Notes: generated by a model not told the origin, from the letters alone. A stretch of 40,976 nucleotides of DNA from Octopus bimaculoides (GCF_001194135.2 NC_068997.1:21837686-21878661), one strand, 5' to 3'; shown: positions 11,066-22,320, counted from the first letter of the stretch. Numbers and translations: made by a program.

Positions 11066-13232
11066 GTATAAGTAAACGACGCGTGGGATGTTGTGGCTCT
11101 GGTTTCATTGCACGTAGGAAGATGACGGGACGGTCACGGTTTTAGTGGTTTTATTGTATGTCTATTATGCCTAACCTGAAGCCAAACATGATGGAGCAGA
11201 CATACAATATTACGTTCCTTTAGAGCAGTAGTTGTTGCAGGAAGTAGTGTGAGGTCTGAGTGACATTTATTTCGTTTCCACACTGTCGTGGTTGTCATAA
11301 TGTTCAGTGTACGTCATATGTTGCTTTCGGAGTATGCAATAGACGATATGAGTTAGCTTAGAAGTGATTCTGTTTCGAATATTTTGATCTACATACATAG
11401 GTTCCATAATATAAAGGTTTTGTGCGTGTACGTGTTTTTCCCTAATTTTATGTGTAGAAATGTTACCATCACTGAAGTCAAGTTGAAAGTACATATCTTG
11501 TAGACATGATGATATGTAAAGGAAACGCTAACTCACATAGATGTGCGAAAGACTTCTAGGGCCTCTATTCTGATTTCTTTTTATGGTCACAGCTATTTTA
11601 TTTCACATGTATCAGAAATAGACCAGTGAAAGTTTTAATTATCCTTACGTCACATATTTTATACCCTGAAAACGCGAATCTAAGGCTTCATACCGATTTT
11701 AAAGCCAATTCATTTGAAGTTTGTCATTTGGAGGCAATTTTTCACTGTAAGGTATCCACCATCAGTTTAGTTGTTCCTGTTGTTATTGTTCTTGTTGTCG
11801 TTTTGCACTTGTTGAACTTTCTTTAAGTAGGCTAAATGTTGTCCCATCCCGTCTTATTCTACAACAGAGTTCACCTAGGTTTACGTCATCCAACTTATCT
11901 TCCGTATTTTAAGCTGTTAGAGCAGCGATCTCCAAAGTGGTCGATGGGATTATTCAAGGGGTCGATAAATGCGCATCTACTTAATTATTATTATTATTTG
12001 TTTATTTTCTTGTACATGCCTGGGGTGTCGATGTGGTGGTGGTGGTNNNNNNNNNNNNNNNNNNNNNNNNNNNNNNNNNNNNNNNNNNNNNNNNNNNNNN
12101 NNNNNNNNNNNNNNNNNNNNNNNNNNNNNNNNNNNNNNNNNNNNNNNNNNNNNNNNNNNNNNNNNNNNNNNNNNNNNNNNNNNNNNNNNNNNNNNNNNNN
12201 NNNNNNNNNNNNNNNNNNNNNNNNNNNNNNNNNNNNNNNNNNNNNNNNNNNNNNNNNNNNNNNNNNNNNNNNNNNNNNNNNNNNNNNNNNNNNNNNNNNN
12301 NNNNNNNNNNNNNNNNNNNNNNNNNNNNNNNNNNNNNNNNNNNNNNNNNNNNNNNNNNNNNNNNNNNNNNNNNNNNNNNNNNNNNNNNNNNNNNNNNNNN
12401 NNNNNNNNNNNNNNNNNNNNNNNNNNNNNNNNNNNNNNNNNNNNNNNNNNNNNNNNNNNNNNNNNNNNNNNNNNNNNNNNNNNNNNNNNNNNNNNNNNNN
12501 NNNNNNNNNNNNNNNNNNNNNNNNNNNNNNNNNNNNNNNNNNNNNNNNNNNNNNNNNNNNNNNNNNNNNNNNNNNNNNNTATATATATATTACAAATAAA
12601 AGGGTAAAGGAATATTAATTTATTAATAAATTAATAATTAATAATTTTTACTAACCACTTCGGTATGTAAACACTATTATCGGTGAAGAACTTATTTAAA
12701 AGTTCTTATAAATTTATAAACATAATTAAGGGATCAGCAACAGTTGCTTCACCACATACCAAATCCAGAAATAGCAGCTAAAGTGCTAAAACTCCAACAG
12801 ATAGCAGTACTTGTAACTCACAAAGGCAAAACAAGAAGAAAAAACAACGAAACTAACCAGTCTTAGTTAATCATAGACGCGTTTCGGGATCAGAATGGTC
12901 ATTTTCGGCTCTTACACAAATAACATTATAACCCAGGCGTAAAAATAGAAAGTATACAGAATTACTCCAATAACAACAACTTAATTCGGACTAAAAATTA
13001 TACAAGAATATCTAGAGTAACTGAAGATGAATAAAAACAAAACCTGAACATCTGGAAGTTAAAGAAAGGCAAATTAAAAACAAAAAAAAAACAACAACAC
13101 AAAAATGGAAAGACACAGAAAGAAAGCATGGCTCACAAGGAAGCAATGGTGGAAAAAACATAAGTACAGACGGTTGTCACTTGCGAGTGATTGAGGTTTA
13201 ATAACAATTAATACTAACATACAATCGGTGGG

Positions 13233-13735
13233 TGCCTAAGTGCCGACGTTGATGCAGGAAGCGAGTGTTTAGGTGCCGACGTTGATGCAGGAAGCGAGTG
13301 TTTAGATGCAGACGTTGATGCGAAAGGCAAGTGTTTAGGTGCAGAGGTTGATACAAGAAGCAAGTGTTTAGGTGCCGACGTTTATGAAAAAAAAAACAAT
13401 TGCTTAGGTGTCGATTCTGATACAAGAGGTGAGTGTTCAGGTTCCCACGTCGATGGAAGAAGCAAGATTTTTGATGCGGGCGTTGATGCGAGAAGCGAAT
13501 ATTTAAGAGCAGACCTTGATACAAGAAACGAATATTTAGGTGCCGATGTTGATGCAAGAAGCAAGTGTTTCGATGTCAACGTTGATGGAAGAAGGGAGTG
13601 TCTATGTGAGTACATTGATGCAAGAATCTAGAGTTTAGGTGGCGACGTGTTTAGGTGAGGAGTTTGATGGAAATAGCGAGTGTTTAGATGCCGACGTTGA
13701 TGCAAGAAGCGAACGCTTAGTGCTTAGGCGCTGAC
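13233..13735. repeat. 33-bp minisatellite, about 15 units (consensus TGTTTAGGTGCCGACGTTGATGCAAGAAGCGAG)
   Basis: Units start at 13233, 13266, 13299, 13332, 13365 (36-bp variant), 13401, 13434, 13467, 13500, 13533, 13566, 13599, 13632 (truncated to 16 bp), 13648 and 13681, followed by a partial unit. Confidence 0.95.
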
Positions 13736-14046
13736 ATTAATGACTTGTAGTGATGCGATATGTTGTTATGCAACCATTATATACTACAAATTACTTTAAT
13801 CTATTTGTTATAAGTCAATACCGCGTTCTACATTTTTAGCAGTGCTCTTACATCACTTGCTTCGTATCCGAGACGCCATATGTAAACAAAGAATGAGATC
13901 GAAGATGAAAAAACGGTAATGGGCGTATACGCCAAATTTTGCTTCTTCACAACCACCCATCTAACCCCTTAATCATTCACGAACTCATTGCCTAAATAGT
14001 TACTAAATACAGTGGTGTAACATTATTGGATATACCAAACTTACAT

Positions 14047-14237
14047 TTTTATATTTAAGAGATGAGGAATTATGTACATTATTTACATTATTTATATCAT
14101 TTACATTTGACGGATATTTGTCCTCATCTTGTTTGTTGTTAACACAACGTTTCGGCTGATATACCCTCCAGCCTTCATCAGGTGTCTTGGCGAAATTTCG
14201 AACCTGGGTTCTCATAATGTAAGTAATGTAAATAATG
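14047..14237 (-). mobile_element. 191-bp non-autonomous Penelope-like fragment carrying a hammerhead ribozyme
   Basis: Flanked by the 14-bp direct repeat TACCAAACTTACAT (14033-14046 and 14238-14251). Contains a perfect 17-bp inverted repeat (14074-14090 / 14224-14240) and the hammerhead core. Confidence 0.75.
14141..14186 (-). ncRNA. Minimal type I hammerhead ribozyme motif (PLE-type)
   Basis: Minus strand: GACAC-CUGAUGA-A-GGCUG-GAGGGUAUAU-CAGCC-GAAAC-GUU-GUGUU. Helix I is GACAC/GUGUU, the core is intact, helix II has 5 bp, helix III is a loopless palindrome (ACGU), and the cleavage triplet is GUU. Confidence 0.8.
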
Positions 14238-15269
14238 TACCAAACTTACATATTAAATACATTCCTGGAAACGCTCGTTACCTTGTTTTCATCTTCGATC
14301 TCATTGTTTGTTTAAATCTGACGTCACGGATACGAAATGTCGTAACTAAAATCATCGCTGGCTATAATTTCTGAAGAAAATCTGTGGAAATGAAACCTGA
14401 AAAGTTATTAGGTGTAGTTTCAGGAATTGAACCAGCGTACATATGATCGTACCGTAAACACCAGGCTACGCACACCAACGAGTCTTGGTTTTTATGAGGA
14501 TTCAGCAGTTCTATTTGGATTGCGTCTTAATAACCGTAGGCAGTAATCATAATAATATTTGGAGTGTGGTTAGGAATTATGACTGAGATTTTCCGTGAAT
14601 GTTCATAACGAATAAAAAGAAAAAGCATATTTTCTTTCTTTCCGATGTACTATGACTATTGAAAACATTTCCGTCACGTGAATTTGTAGGCGAATTTAAG
14701 TATCCATAACAATTTTGAATATATTAGAACAAACAATAAACATAACATTTATGTATATTTATATACTAAATTTCACCATAATGACAAGTTGTATTTAAAA
14801 GGCATATAAATGTAGTTAATATTCGCTAAATCTGTATTTTAAGCCTAACGTTAGACATTTCCATATAAATTTCTTCACTTTCACTTTACCACTGATATCA
14901 GAAATAAGCATTATATTTATAAGAAATGGTTATCGGAAGCCAGCAAATCGAATATTACCCAATATAAGATATATATTTAAATCATATAGATATAAATAAT
15001 GAATATGTCTGTAAAATAGTCAATTTCTTGTCATTTACTTATGAATAAGACCTGCATATATAGAAACATATGCATATATACGTATATCTCTGTTTGTGTG
15101 CGGTATACTTAATTGTGTATACAGAAATGTGTGTATATATGTATATATATAGAGAGAGAGAAAGAGGGGGAGGGAGAGAGAAAGGGAGAGAGAGAGAGAT
15201 AAAGAGAAAGAGACAGTGTATGTGAGATAAATATAAATTCGAACATAAGCATGTATACATACATATATA

Positions 15270-15303
<34 letters not shown>

Positions 15304-15512
15304 NNNNNNNNNNNNNNNNNNNNNNNNNNNNNNNNNNNNNNNNNNNNNNNNNNNNNNNNNNNNNNNNNNNNNNNNNNNNNNNNNNNNNNNNNNNNNNNNN
15401 NNNNNNNNNNNNNNNNNNNNNNNNNNNNNNNNNNNNNNNNNNNNNNNNNNNNNNNNNNNNNNNNNNNNNNNNNNNNNNNNNNNNNNNNNNNNNNNNNNNN
15501 NNNNNNNNNNNN

Positions 15513-15547
<35 letters not shown>

Positions 15548-15970
15548 CACACATATATATGATATATACGCATACGTTGAGTTATGTATATATAGCTTTG
15601 GTTGGTGCTTTTGACGTACAACATACAATGTCTTGAAATACATAACGCCCCTTCAAAGTTGAGTAGGTTTGGCGCCAAGCATTACCCCGAAGTGCCACTT
15701 ATTTACTTCTCATTATTTGCAAATAGTTAGATAGGTATATAGTCAAAAGTCAGAAATGAGTAAGAGAAACCGAGGAAAAGGATGAGGGATGGAAATGGAT
15801 TATGAATTAGAGACAAAAATTATTGAATGACTATAATATAATTTGAATCACTTTAAGACTCTGATAGAAGTGCTTGAATTTGCATCATTTTTTAAGTATG
15901 TCGCCAATAACTATATACGTCATTAGTCATATAATAATAATATTAATATTAATATTATTATCCTTGTAAA

Positions 15971-16190
15971 GACAGCGAGCTGGTAGGATAACTAGTACGC
16001 AAGGTAAGATACTTTGCCACATTCCGTCAGTCTTGACGTTCTGATTTCAAGTTCCGCTGAGGTTGACATTGCCGTTCGTCCTTTGAAGTCGATAACCTAA
16101 GAACCAGTTGAACATTGGGGTCGATTTAATCGACTTATCAACTCCCCTTAACCTGCAAGCCCTCTGCCAGATTTTGCAACCAGATTTTGT
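15971..16190 (+). mobile_element. tRNA-derived SINE (family B)
   Basis: Head GACAGCGAGCTGGTAGGATAACTAG..GTTCTGATTTCAAGTTCCGCTGAGGTTGAC, central GTCGATAACCTAAGAACCAG..TGGGGTCGATTTAATCGACT. Matches the copies at 16634-16811, 21546-21773 and 22184-22323. Confidence 0.8.
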
Positions 16191-16195
16191 TATAA

Positions 16196-16302
16196 GGCGG
16201 CGAGCAGGTACAATCGTTAGCGCGCCAGGAAAAATGCATAACTTGATTTCGTCCCAAAATTCCAGGCCTTCTGCCTTTCGTAGAAAGGATTATTATTATT
16301 AT
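16196..16302 (+). mobile_element. SINE family B, internally deleted copy in tandem with the previous one
   Basis: The head GGCGGCGAGCAGGTACAATCGTTAGCGCGCCAGG..GATTTCGTC is joined directly to the tail CCAAAATTCCAGGCCTTCTGCCTTTCGTAGAAAGGATTATTATT. Confidence 0.75.
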
Positions 16303-16633
16303 AATTAATTCATAGTCTATATTATATGTGATTTATCCTTCCAATTAGCGCGATAGTTTTGCATTTTCACTCGTTTAGGAATATTCATAAATATAGTCTA
16401 TGAAATTATTCAGATTACAAAAGTAATAATTTAGGCATATTCTAAGATCACAATATGCATTGTTCCCTTCACTAAGGTTTGATTTTAGAGAGATTTGGTT
16501 GATATTTTCAAAAGCTCAAGCAGACAAAACTCACTGTAATTACTGTTCTGAAATTTAACAAGACATACAGGTATGATACACAGAATCTTTCTGAATTGTT
16601 GGAAGTTAGAGAGGAATGTACACTGGGTTTAAA

Positions 16634-16811
16634 AGGCCAGAAACCCTGAGGGCAAGAGGAAGTCCATTACATTAATCCCCAGCAGTTGGTTAGTATTTTA
16701 TTTTAGAGACAAAGTTGACCAAGCAGAATTTGAACTCAGAACGTAAAAATACGAAAGAAATGCTGCTAAGCATTTCGTTCGACTCTCTAACGAGTCTACT
16801 AGCTCGCTGCC
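16634..16811 (-). mobile_element. SINE family B
   Basis: The reverse complement begins GGCAGCGAGCTAGTAGACTCGTTAGAG..GTTCTGAGTTCAAATTCTGC. Confidence 0.8.
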
Positions 16812-16959
16812 TGTAATATGTCGAGCCATGTAGAGGTCCTAGAAAAGGCTCCGAAATATCTCTCATATCCCTCATGCCAAGGAAAAGAAAGGACATATCA
16901 TATTATTATTCTGAGTTATGTTGTTCCTTAAAAAATGGCGGTGCAGTAATGATTTAAAT

Positions 16960-17214
16960 CAGTCGTTCCCAACGATTTGTTTTTAAATCTATGGACCCTT
17001 TTGATTCCTATTTTACTCAGGTGGACCCTCCTAACCATTCGATGTTTAAAAAAATCATGTCATGTTTTTATAATTAAATATTATTAGGAATTGTATATAA
17101 AATTCAAATATTTTGTGTATTGTAGAAGTATAACTGATTTATTGTACATAATTTTTAACAACAGACCTTATATGGACCCCTAAGGGTCAAAAGAACCCCA
17201 GTTGAGGACCATTG
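16960..17214. mobile_element. hAT-type MITE (~255 bp)
   Basis: Termini CAGTCGTTCCCAAC and GTTGAGGACCATTG (10/14 inverted match, CAG..TTG), with 8-bp flanks ATTTAAAT and GCTTAAAT (6/8) consistent with a decayed hAT TSD. GGACCC motifs occur subterminally. Confidence 0.7.
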
Positions 17215-18584
17215 GCTTAAATGTTTTAAAAAATATCTCAGTTCAATGAAAGCCTACTGGGCGTAGTGGTGGAGGTGGTAGTGGTTGTGGTGGTGGTGGT
17301 CGTAAGCAACAATATCAATAATGAAAATTAAAGTGACATCTGAAGAGCTCAGCCAACAAGAGAGCCTCAACACGATTATTCTAGCTGATAGAAATAGTAA
17401 TAACATTTCCCTCAAATTCCACTTCATTAACGACACAGTGCTTATACGGGGCATTAAGGTTTAGGGACCAAAAAAAAAACCGAAAAAAAAAAGAAACGAA
17501 AATGACTGAATGGTCAAAGCCAAAACGCCATTAATCATGAAATTGTTCCATTATGGATTACCTGATGCCAAACAACAAGAGTAGTAATTGTAGCAGTCTT
17601 TAAGCGCCTTATTTCATTGTTTCTCGTACGATGATTTCAACTTTAAGAAAGTCAATTTTTAATTGAGAGAAACAGAAAAAAATGTTATAAAACATATTAG
17701 GACCACAGTTGGTCGATGATAAATGACTTTTAGAGAAATGGTAAGAACTTTGATTAATTTTTTCCATGTGTCAAATCTGTGTTTTGAATTGGTTATGAAA
17801 GGGAAAAAAATCTCATGACGTATAAAATTTACGACTTTTCTCCTCTGAAAGACTGTAGTAAAACGATAATATTGACTTAGTCTAATCCGTACTATATAAG
17901 TGGCTAATCTTCTCAGGCGTCTACTCAAGAGTTGAACATTCAAAGACACATAACATACACGAAACACTACTTAGAAATACCATAAAATTTAATAATTCCT
18001 AATGCTTTTACCATTCAGCTCCGTTGACATTTTGTCTTCTAGAAAATTATTAATATTATTGTAATTACTATCATCATCAACATCAACGACATCATCATCA
18101 TCATCGTCGTCTTCGTCGTCGTCGTTATCATCGCCATCGTCATCATCATAATCGTCATCGTCATCATCATAATCGTCGTCGTCGTCGTTGTTGTTGCTGG
18201 CTTGCTTTGGTGAGACGTTCTTTTACGAGCTCCGAAGATTCTGGATTATTGCTAAATTCTTACTGAATGAAAGTTGTTTCGTTTCGGATTATTTCACAAG
18301 GGAACCCTATTTGGAAGGTCTACAAACGCATTCCACATATAGTGGAAATGCTTTAATGTCTACATTTTTTTATTGTTTTACATATTTCTATTTGTATCTG
18401 TTTGGCATATACTGAAAGAAATGCTAACGACAACAGTAACATATGTGACCACATCTACGAAAATACAAACCAGCAGGACATGTTTTGCTAACAGAAAAAT
18501 GAAAACGAAGAATATGAAATACACAATTTAATAAACAAAAAATAAATTAGTAGATAAAAAAACACGATGATTATCATTGATCTT

Positions 18585-18745
18585 TCCTTTTATTTTTTAG
18601 TTGTTTCAATCATTTGACTGAGGCCATCCTGGGGGCCATTCTGGGGGCCATTCTGGGGGCCATTCTCGAGGCCATCCTGGGGCCCCACCTCGAAGGGTTT
18701 AGTCGGGAAAAACTCGACCAGATATTTATTTTTGCACCTGTAATT
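18585..18745 (-). mobile_element. SINE family A 3' fragment containing an internal 12-bp tandem amplification
   Basis: TTGTTTCAATCATTTGACTGAGGCC...CCACCTCGAAGGGTTTAGTCG is the reverse complement of the SINE tail. Five units of (A/G)GGCCAT(C/T)CT(G/C)G occupy 18621-18680. Confidence 0.75.
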
Positions 18746-19072
18746 CAAAGGGCTAGTCTTGTTACATTTAGTCACACTGGGTCTCTCCGAAAACTACGCG
18801 TGTCCGAACATGTAACACATATGGAATAGACACAAAAACACACACACACACACGCACACACACACATACACACACACACACACACAAGATGTGAGAACTA
18901 AAGCAGCATGCACACCCACATCCTGAGCACAAGTTTATCCACACACATACAAATACATATACGCGCACACAAACCACATTACATATCCACAACACTCAGA
19001 AAGAGTCTCGTCTTAAACGAAGGAACCTTGTCGACATGAATTCAAAATTACTTAACCAACCCCCACAAAATC

Positions 19073-19132
<60 letters not shown>

Positions 19133-20686
19133 NNNNNNNNNNNNNNNNNNNNNNNNNNNNNNNNNNNNNNNNNNNNNNNNNNNNNNNNNNNNNNNNNNNN
19201 NNNNNNNNNNNNNNNNNNNNNNNNNNNNNNNNNNNNNNNNNNNNNNNNNNNNNNNNNNNNNNNNNNNNNNNNNNNNNNNNNNNNNNNNNNNNNNNNNNNN
19301 NNNNNNNNNNNNNNNNNNNNNNNNNNNNNNNNNNNNNNNNNNNNNNNNNNNNNNNNNNNNNNNNNNNNNNNNNNNNNNNNNNNNNNNNNNNNNNNNNNNN
19401 NNNNNNNNNNNNNNNNNNNNNNNNNNNNNNNNNNNNNNNNNNNNNNNNNNNNNNNNNNNNNNNNNNTATATATATATAAGCACAAGTATATGGACACAAG
19501 TACATACACAGGTGCAAACACGCACACGAATGTATATATGTGTATGTATATGTATATATGTCGAGGTCAACACAATCATTAAATCTATGAGATTTAATCC
19601 GCTGTTGATTAGCATACATACGCCACAATATACATAATATACGATACATTGTAATGAAATCCTCATATTTCTTGATTTAATATATTATAAATATTCTGAT
19701 ACTTTTCGTTTTTATTTAATAATATTTATTTTAAGGAGGTAATTAGAATTAAAATCTTATCCATAAAATACACTAGCGAAAAATATTTTAGCTCGTAACT
19801 TCACACTTTAAACATAATCTTTTTCAATATCCTTAATATTCTAATGGATCATTAATTTTAGTTACAGTGTTTTCGTATATTATAACTCTTTACGTTATAT
19901 TTTGTAATTATTGTATTTTATTAAGCATTTACATTCAATTCTCGTTTATTTATGGATATTTTCCCAATTGTGACCTTTAAATCAATCTGCTTCAATTATA
20001 GATAATATAAGTTATTATACACGACACTGGAAGTTCTTGTGAAAAGAACAAAATAGGAGAGAATAATATGATTCGTCGGGGACACGATAACACACTCTTC
20101 TGGCTGATGCACTTTCTTACTTCTGTGACGAAGACGGCATACGTTGCCACTGAAGTTAATTCGACGACGATGATAAAGAATAAGAACACCAAAAACAATG
20201 TAGAATACACATGACTTATAACTAGGTGCACCGATTCTNNNNNNNNNNNNNNNNNNNNNNNNNNNNNNNNNNNNNNNNNNNNNNNNNNNNNNNNNNNNNN
20301 NNNNNNNNNNNNNNNNNNNNNNNNNNNNNNNNNNNNNNNNNNNNNNNNNNNNNNNNNNNNNNNNNNNNNNNNNNNNNNNNNNNNNNNNNNNNNNNNNNNN
20401 NNNNNNNNNNNNNNNNNNNNNNNNNNNNNNNNNNNNNNNNNNNNNNNNNNNNNNNNNNNNNNNNNNNNNNNNNNNNNNNNNNNNNNNNNNNNNNNNNNNN
20501 NNNNNNNNNNNNNNNNNNNNNNNNNNNNNNNNNNNNNNNNNNNNNNNNNNNNNNNNNNNNNNNNNNNNNNNNNNNNNNNNNNNNNNNNNNNNNNNNNNNN
20601 NNNNNNNNNNNNNNNNNNNNNNNNNNNNNNNNNNNNNNNNNNNNNNNNNNNNNNNNNNNNNNNNNNNNNNNNNNGAGATAACCAGA

Positions 20687-20689
<3 letters not shown>

Positions 20690-20722
<33 letters not shown>

Positions 20723-20850
20723 AAGAAGAAGAACAAGAAGAAGAAGAAGAAGAAAAAAAAGTGGAAGAATATTAAGAAGAGGAAGAAGAATTACAACAAC
20801 AACAACAACAATAATAATAATAATGATGATAATAGTAATAATAATAATAA
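20690..20850. repeat. Compound (AAT)n/(AAG)n/(AAC)n microsatellite
   Basis: Directly visible trinucleotide runs. Confidence 0.95.
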
Positions 20851-21104
20851 TATGTAGTATCAATAAATAAACAAATAAGCTTATATTATTGACCTCTCTA
20901 GTCTAACGATGATATAAGGTCGTTCTAGCTTGTAGACTCTGGCTGATCTTTAACCCCATGCAACATTTCAGCTACGGTGTCGTTCTTTCTCTTTCGTAGC
21001 TAATAAATAAGCCAATGAAGAAATCCCGTTGAAATTCAAGCGTCCGTTGTTAATTCCTTTATTGCACGCGAGTCAGAAGAGACTGAAAATTTTATTGCAG
21101 CATC

Positions 21105-21204
21105 AGTGGCAGCAGCAGCAGCAGCAGCAGCAACGGCAACGGCAGAAGCGATGTATTAGGCAGCAGCATCAACGAACCCACCAGAGCAATAACCACACGC
21201 TAGC

Positions 21205-21249
<45 letters not shown>

Positions 21250-21296
21250 TGTGGTGGTGGTGGTGGTAGTAGAAGTAGTAGTAGTAGTAGTAGTGA

Positions 21297-21343
<47 letters not shown>

Positions 21344-21415
21344 ATAGTAGTAGTAGTAATAGTACTTCATGTTGATGATGAAGATGGTGATGATGATGGT
21401 GGTGATGATGATGAC
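21105..21415. repeat. Compound (CAG)n,(GTA)n,(GTG)n,(GAT)n microsatellite
   Basis: Directly visible trinucleotide runs. Confidence 0.95.
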
Positions 21416-21545
21416 GCGCCTGTCCAATAATTTAAAGTTATCTAGCCGTGACTAACGCCAAAATTCCGAGTTCAATTCCAAGCAGTGACCTGAACAACAA
21501 CAACAACAATAATAATAATAATAATGGAAATAATAGAAATAATGA

Positions 21546-21773
21546 TAATGATCCTTTCTACAATAGTCACAAGGCCTGGAAGTTTTTTTTTTTTTTTGTG
21601 TGGTGGGATGCTAGTCGATTACATCAACTCCAGTGTTTCACTGGTACTAATCTATTGGCCCCGAAAGGATGAAATGCAAAGCAACCTCAGCGGAATTTAA
21701 ACTCAGAACAAAACGGCCGGCGAAATATCTCTGAGGATTTCGTCCAGCATGTTAACGACTATGCCAGCTCACC
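21546..21773 (-). mobile_element. SINE family B, near full-length
   Basis: The reverse complement runs from the head GGTGAGCTGGCATAGTCGTTAAC to the tail TTGTAGAAAGGATCATTATCATT, next to an (AAC)/(AAT) tract. Confidence 0.85.
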
Positions 21774-21780
21774 AATAAAA

Positions 21781-22172
21781 GCAGAGGTAGTCAACAACAT
21801 GTACCACATGTGCTATATAGTTGATGTTGCATCCTCTGTTATCCACGAATAGTCAAGAAGGAAAGCGAAAAAATAGACAAATACAACCCTCTTAAGTAAG
21901 AAATAGCACGGCTATGGAAAATGAAGAAGGCGAAGATAATGCCAACTATTGTTGGGTCGTTGGGGGACAGTATCAGAAGGCATCAAAGGGAATATAAAGG
22001 AAAATTGGAATTGAGTGCCCAGTAGAACAGTTACAAAAGGTTTGCCTTCTTGGCAGAATAATGTGGAAAGTATCAGATAGTTGAAAAGAATAAATAGCAT
22101 GGTACCGTAGGCTGCAAGCAGCAAGCCTGCTACGCATGAAAGACTCCAGGAGTTCTAACAATGCCTCAGATT
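21781..22172 (+). mobile_element. R4/Dong-like non-LTR retrotransposon 3' end (restriction-like endonuclease fragment), pseudogenised
   Basis: With frameshifts it reads CYIVDVA / RIVKKESEKIDKYNPLK*EIARLWKMKKAKIMPTIVGSLG / GTVSEGIKG / IGIECPVEQLQKVCLLG. This is the EKxxKY...LQK..LLG C-terminal RLE pattern. A short 3' UTR and A-tail follow. Confidence 0.8.
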
Positions 22173-22183
22173 AAAAAAAAAAA

Positions 22184-22320
22184 ATGATAATCCTTTCTAC
22201 CATAGGCACAAGGTCTGGAATTTGTGGGGAGGGAACTAATCGACTAATTCGACACCCAGTACTTCACTGGTACTTGATTTATTCACCCCGAAAGGATTAA
22301 ATGCAACGTGAACCTCGGCA

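Larger units (their letters stand above)
13861..14336. mobile_element. MITE-like element with 70-bp inverted repeats, interrupted by a PLE-type insertion
   Basis: 13861-13930 versus the reverse complement of 14267-14336 gives 59/70 identities, ungapped, by manual alignment. True termini and TSD not resolved. Confidence 0.75.

Noticed and set aside
11923-11945. CAGCGATCTCCAAAGTGG, a possible hAT left TIR
   Set aside because: The partner end would lie in or beyond the 12047-12579 gap and cannot be confirmed.
12871-12917. Minus-strand CCCGAAACGCGTC, resembling the GAAAC-GC-GUC end of a PLE hammerhead
   Set aside because: The CUGANGA box is not present (GTAAGAG) and neither helix I nor helix II pairs. 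At best it is a dead remnant.
13233-13735. CRISPR array or ankyrin-repeat gene interpretation of the 33-bp repeat
   Set aside because: The units are contiguous with no unique spacers, there are no cas genes, and the context is eukaryotic. The period is 11 aa, not the 33 aa of ankyrin.
14003-14374. ORFs 14003-14215 (-) and 14129-14374 (+)
   Set aside because: They are chance frames through the hammerhead mini-element and the MITE arm.
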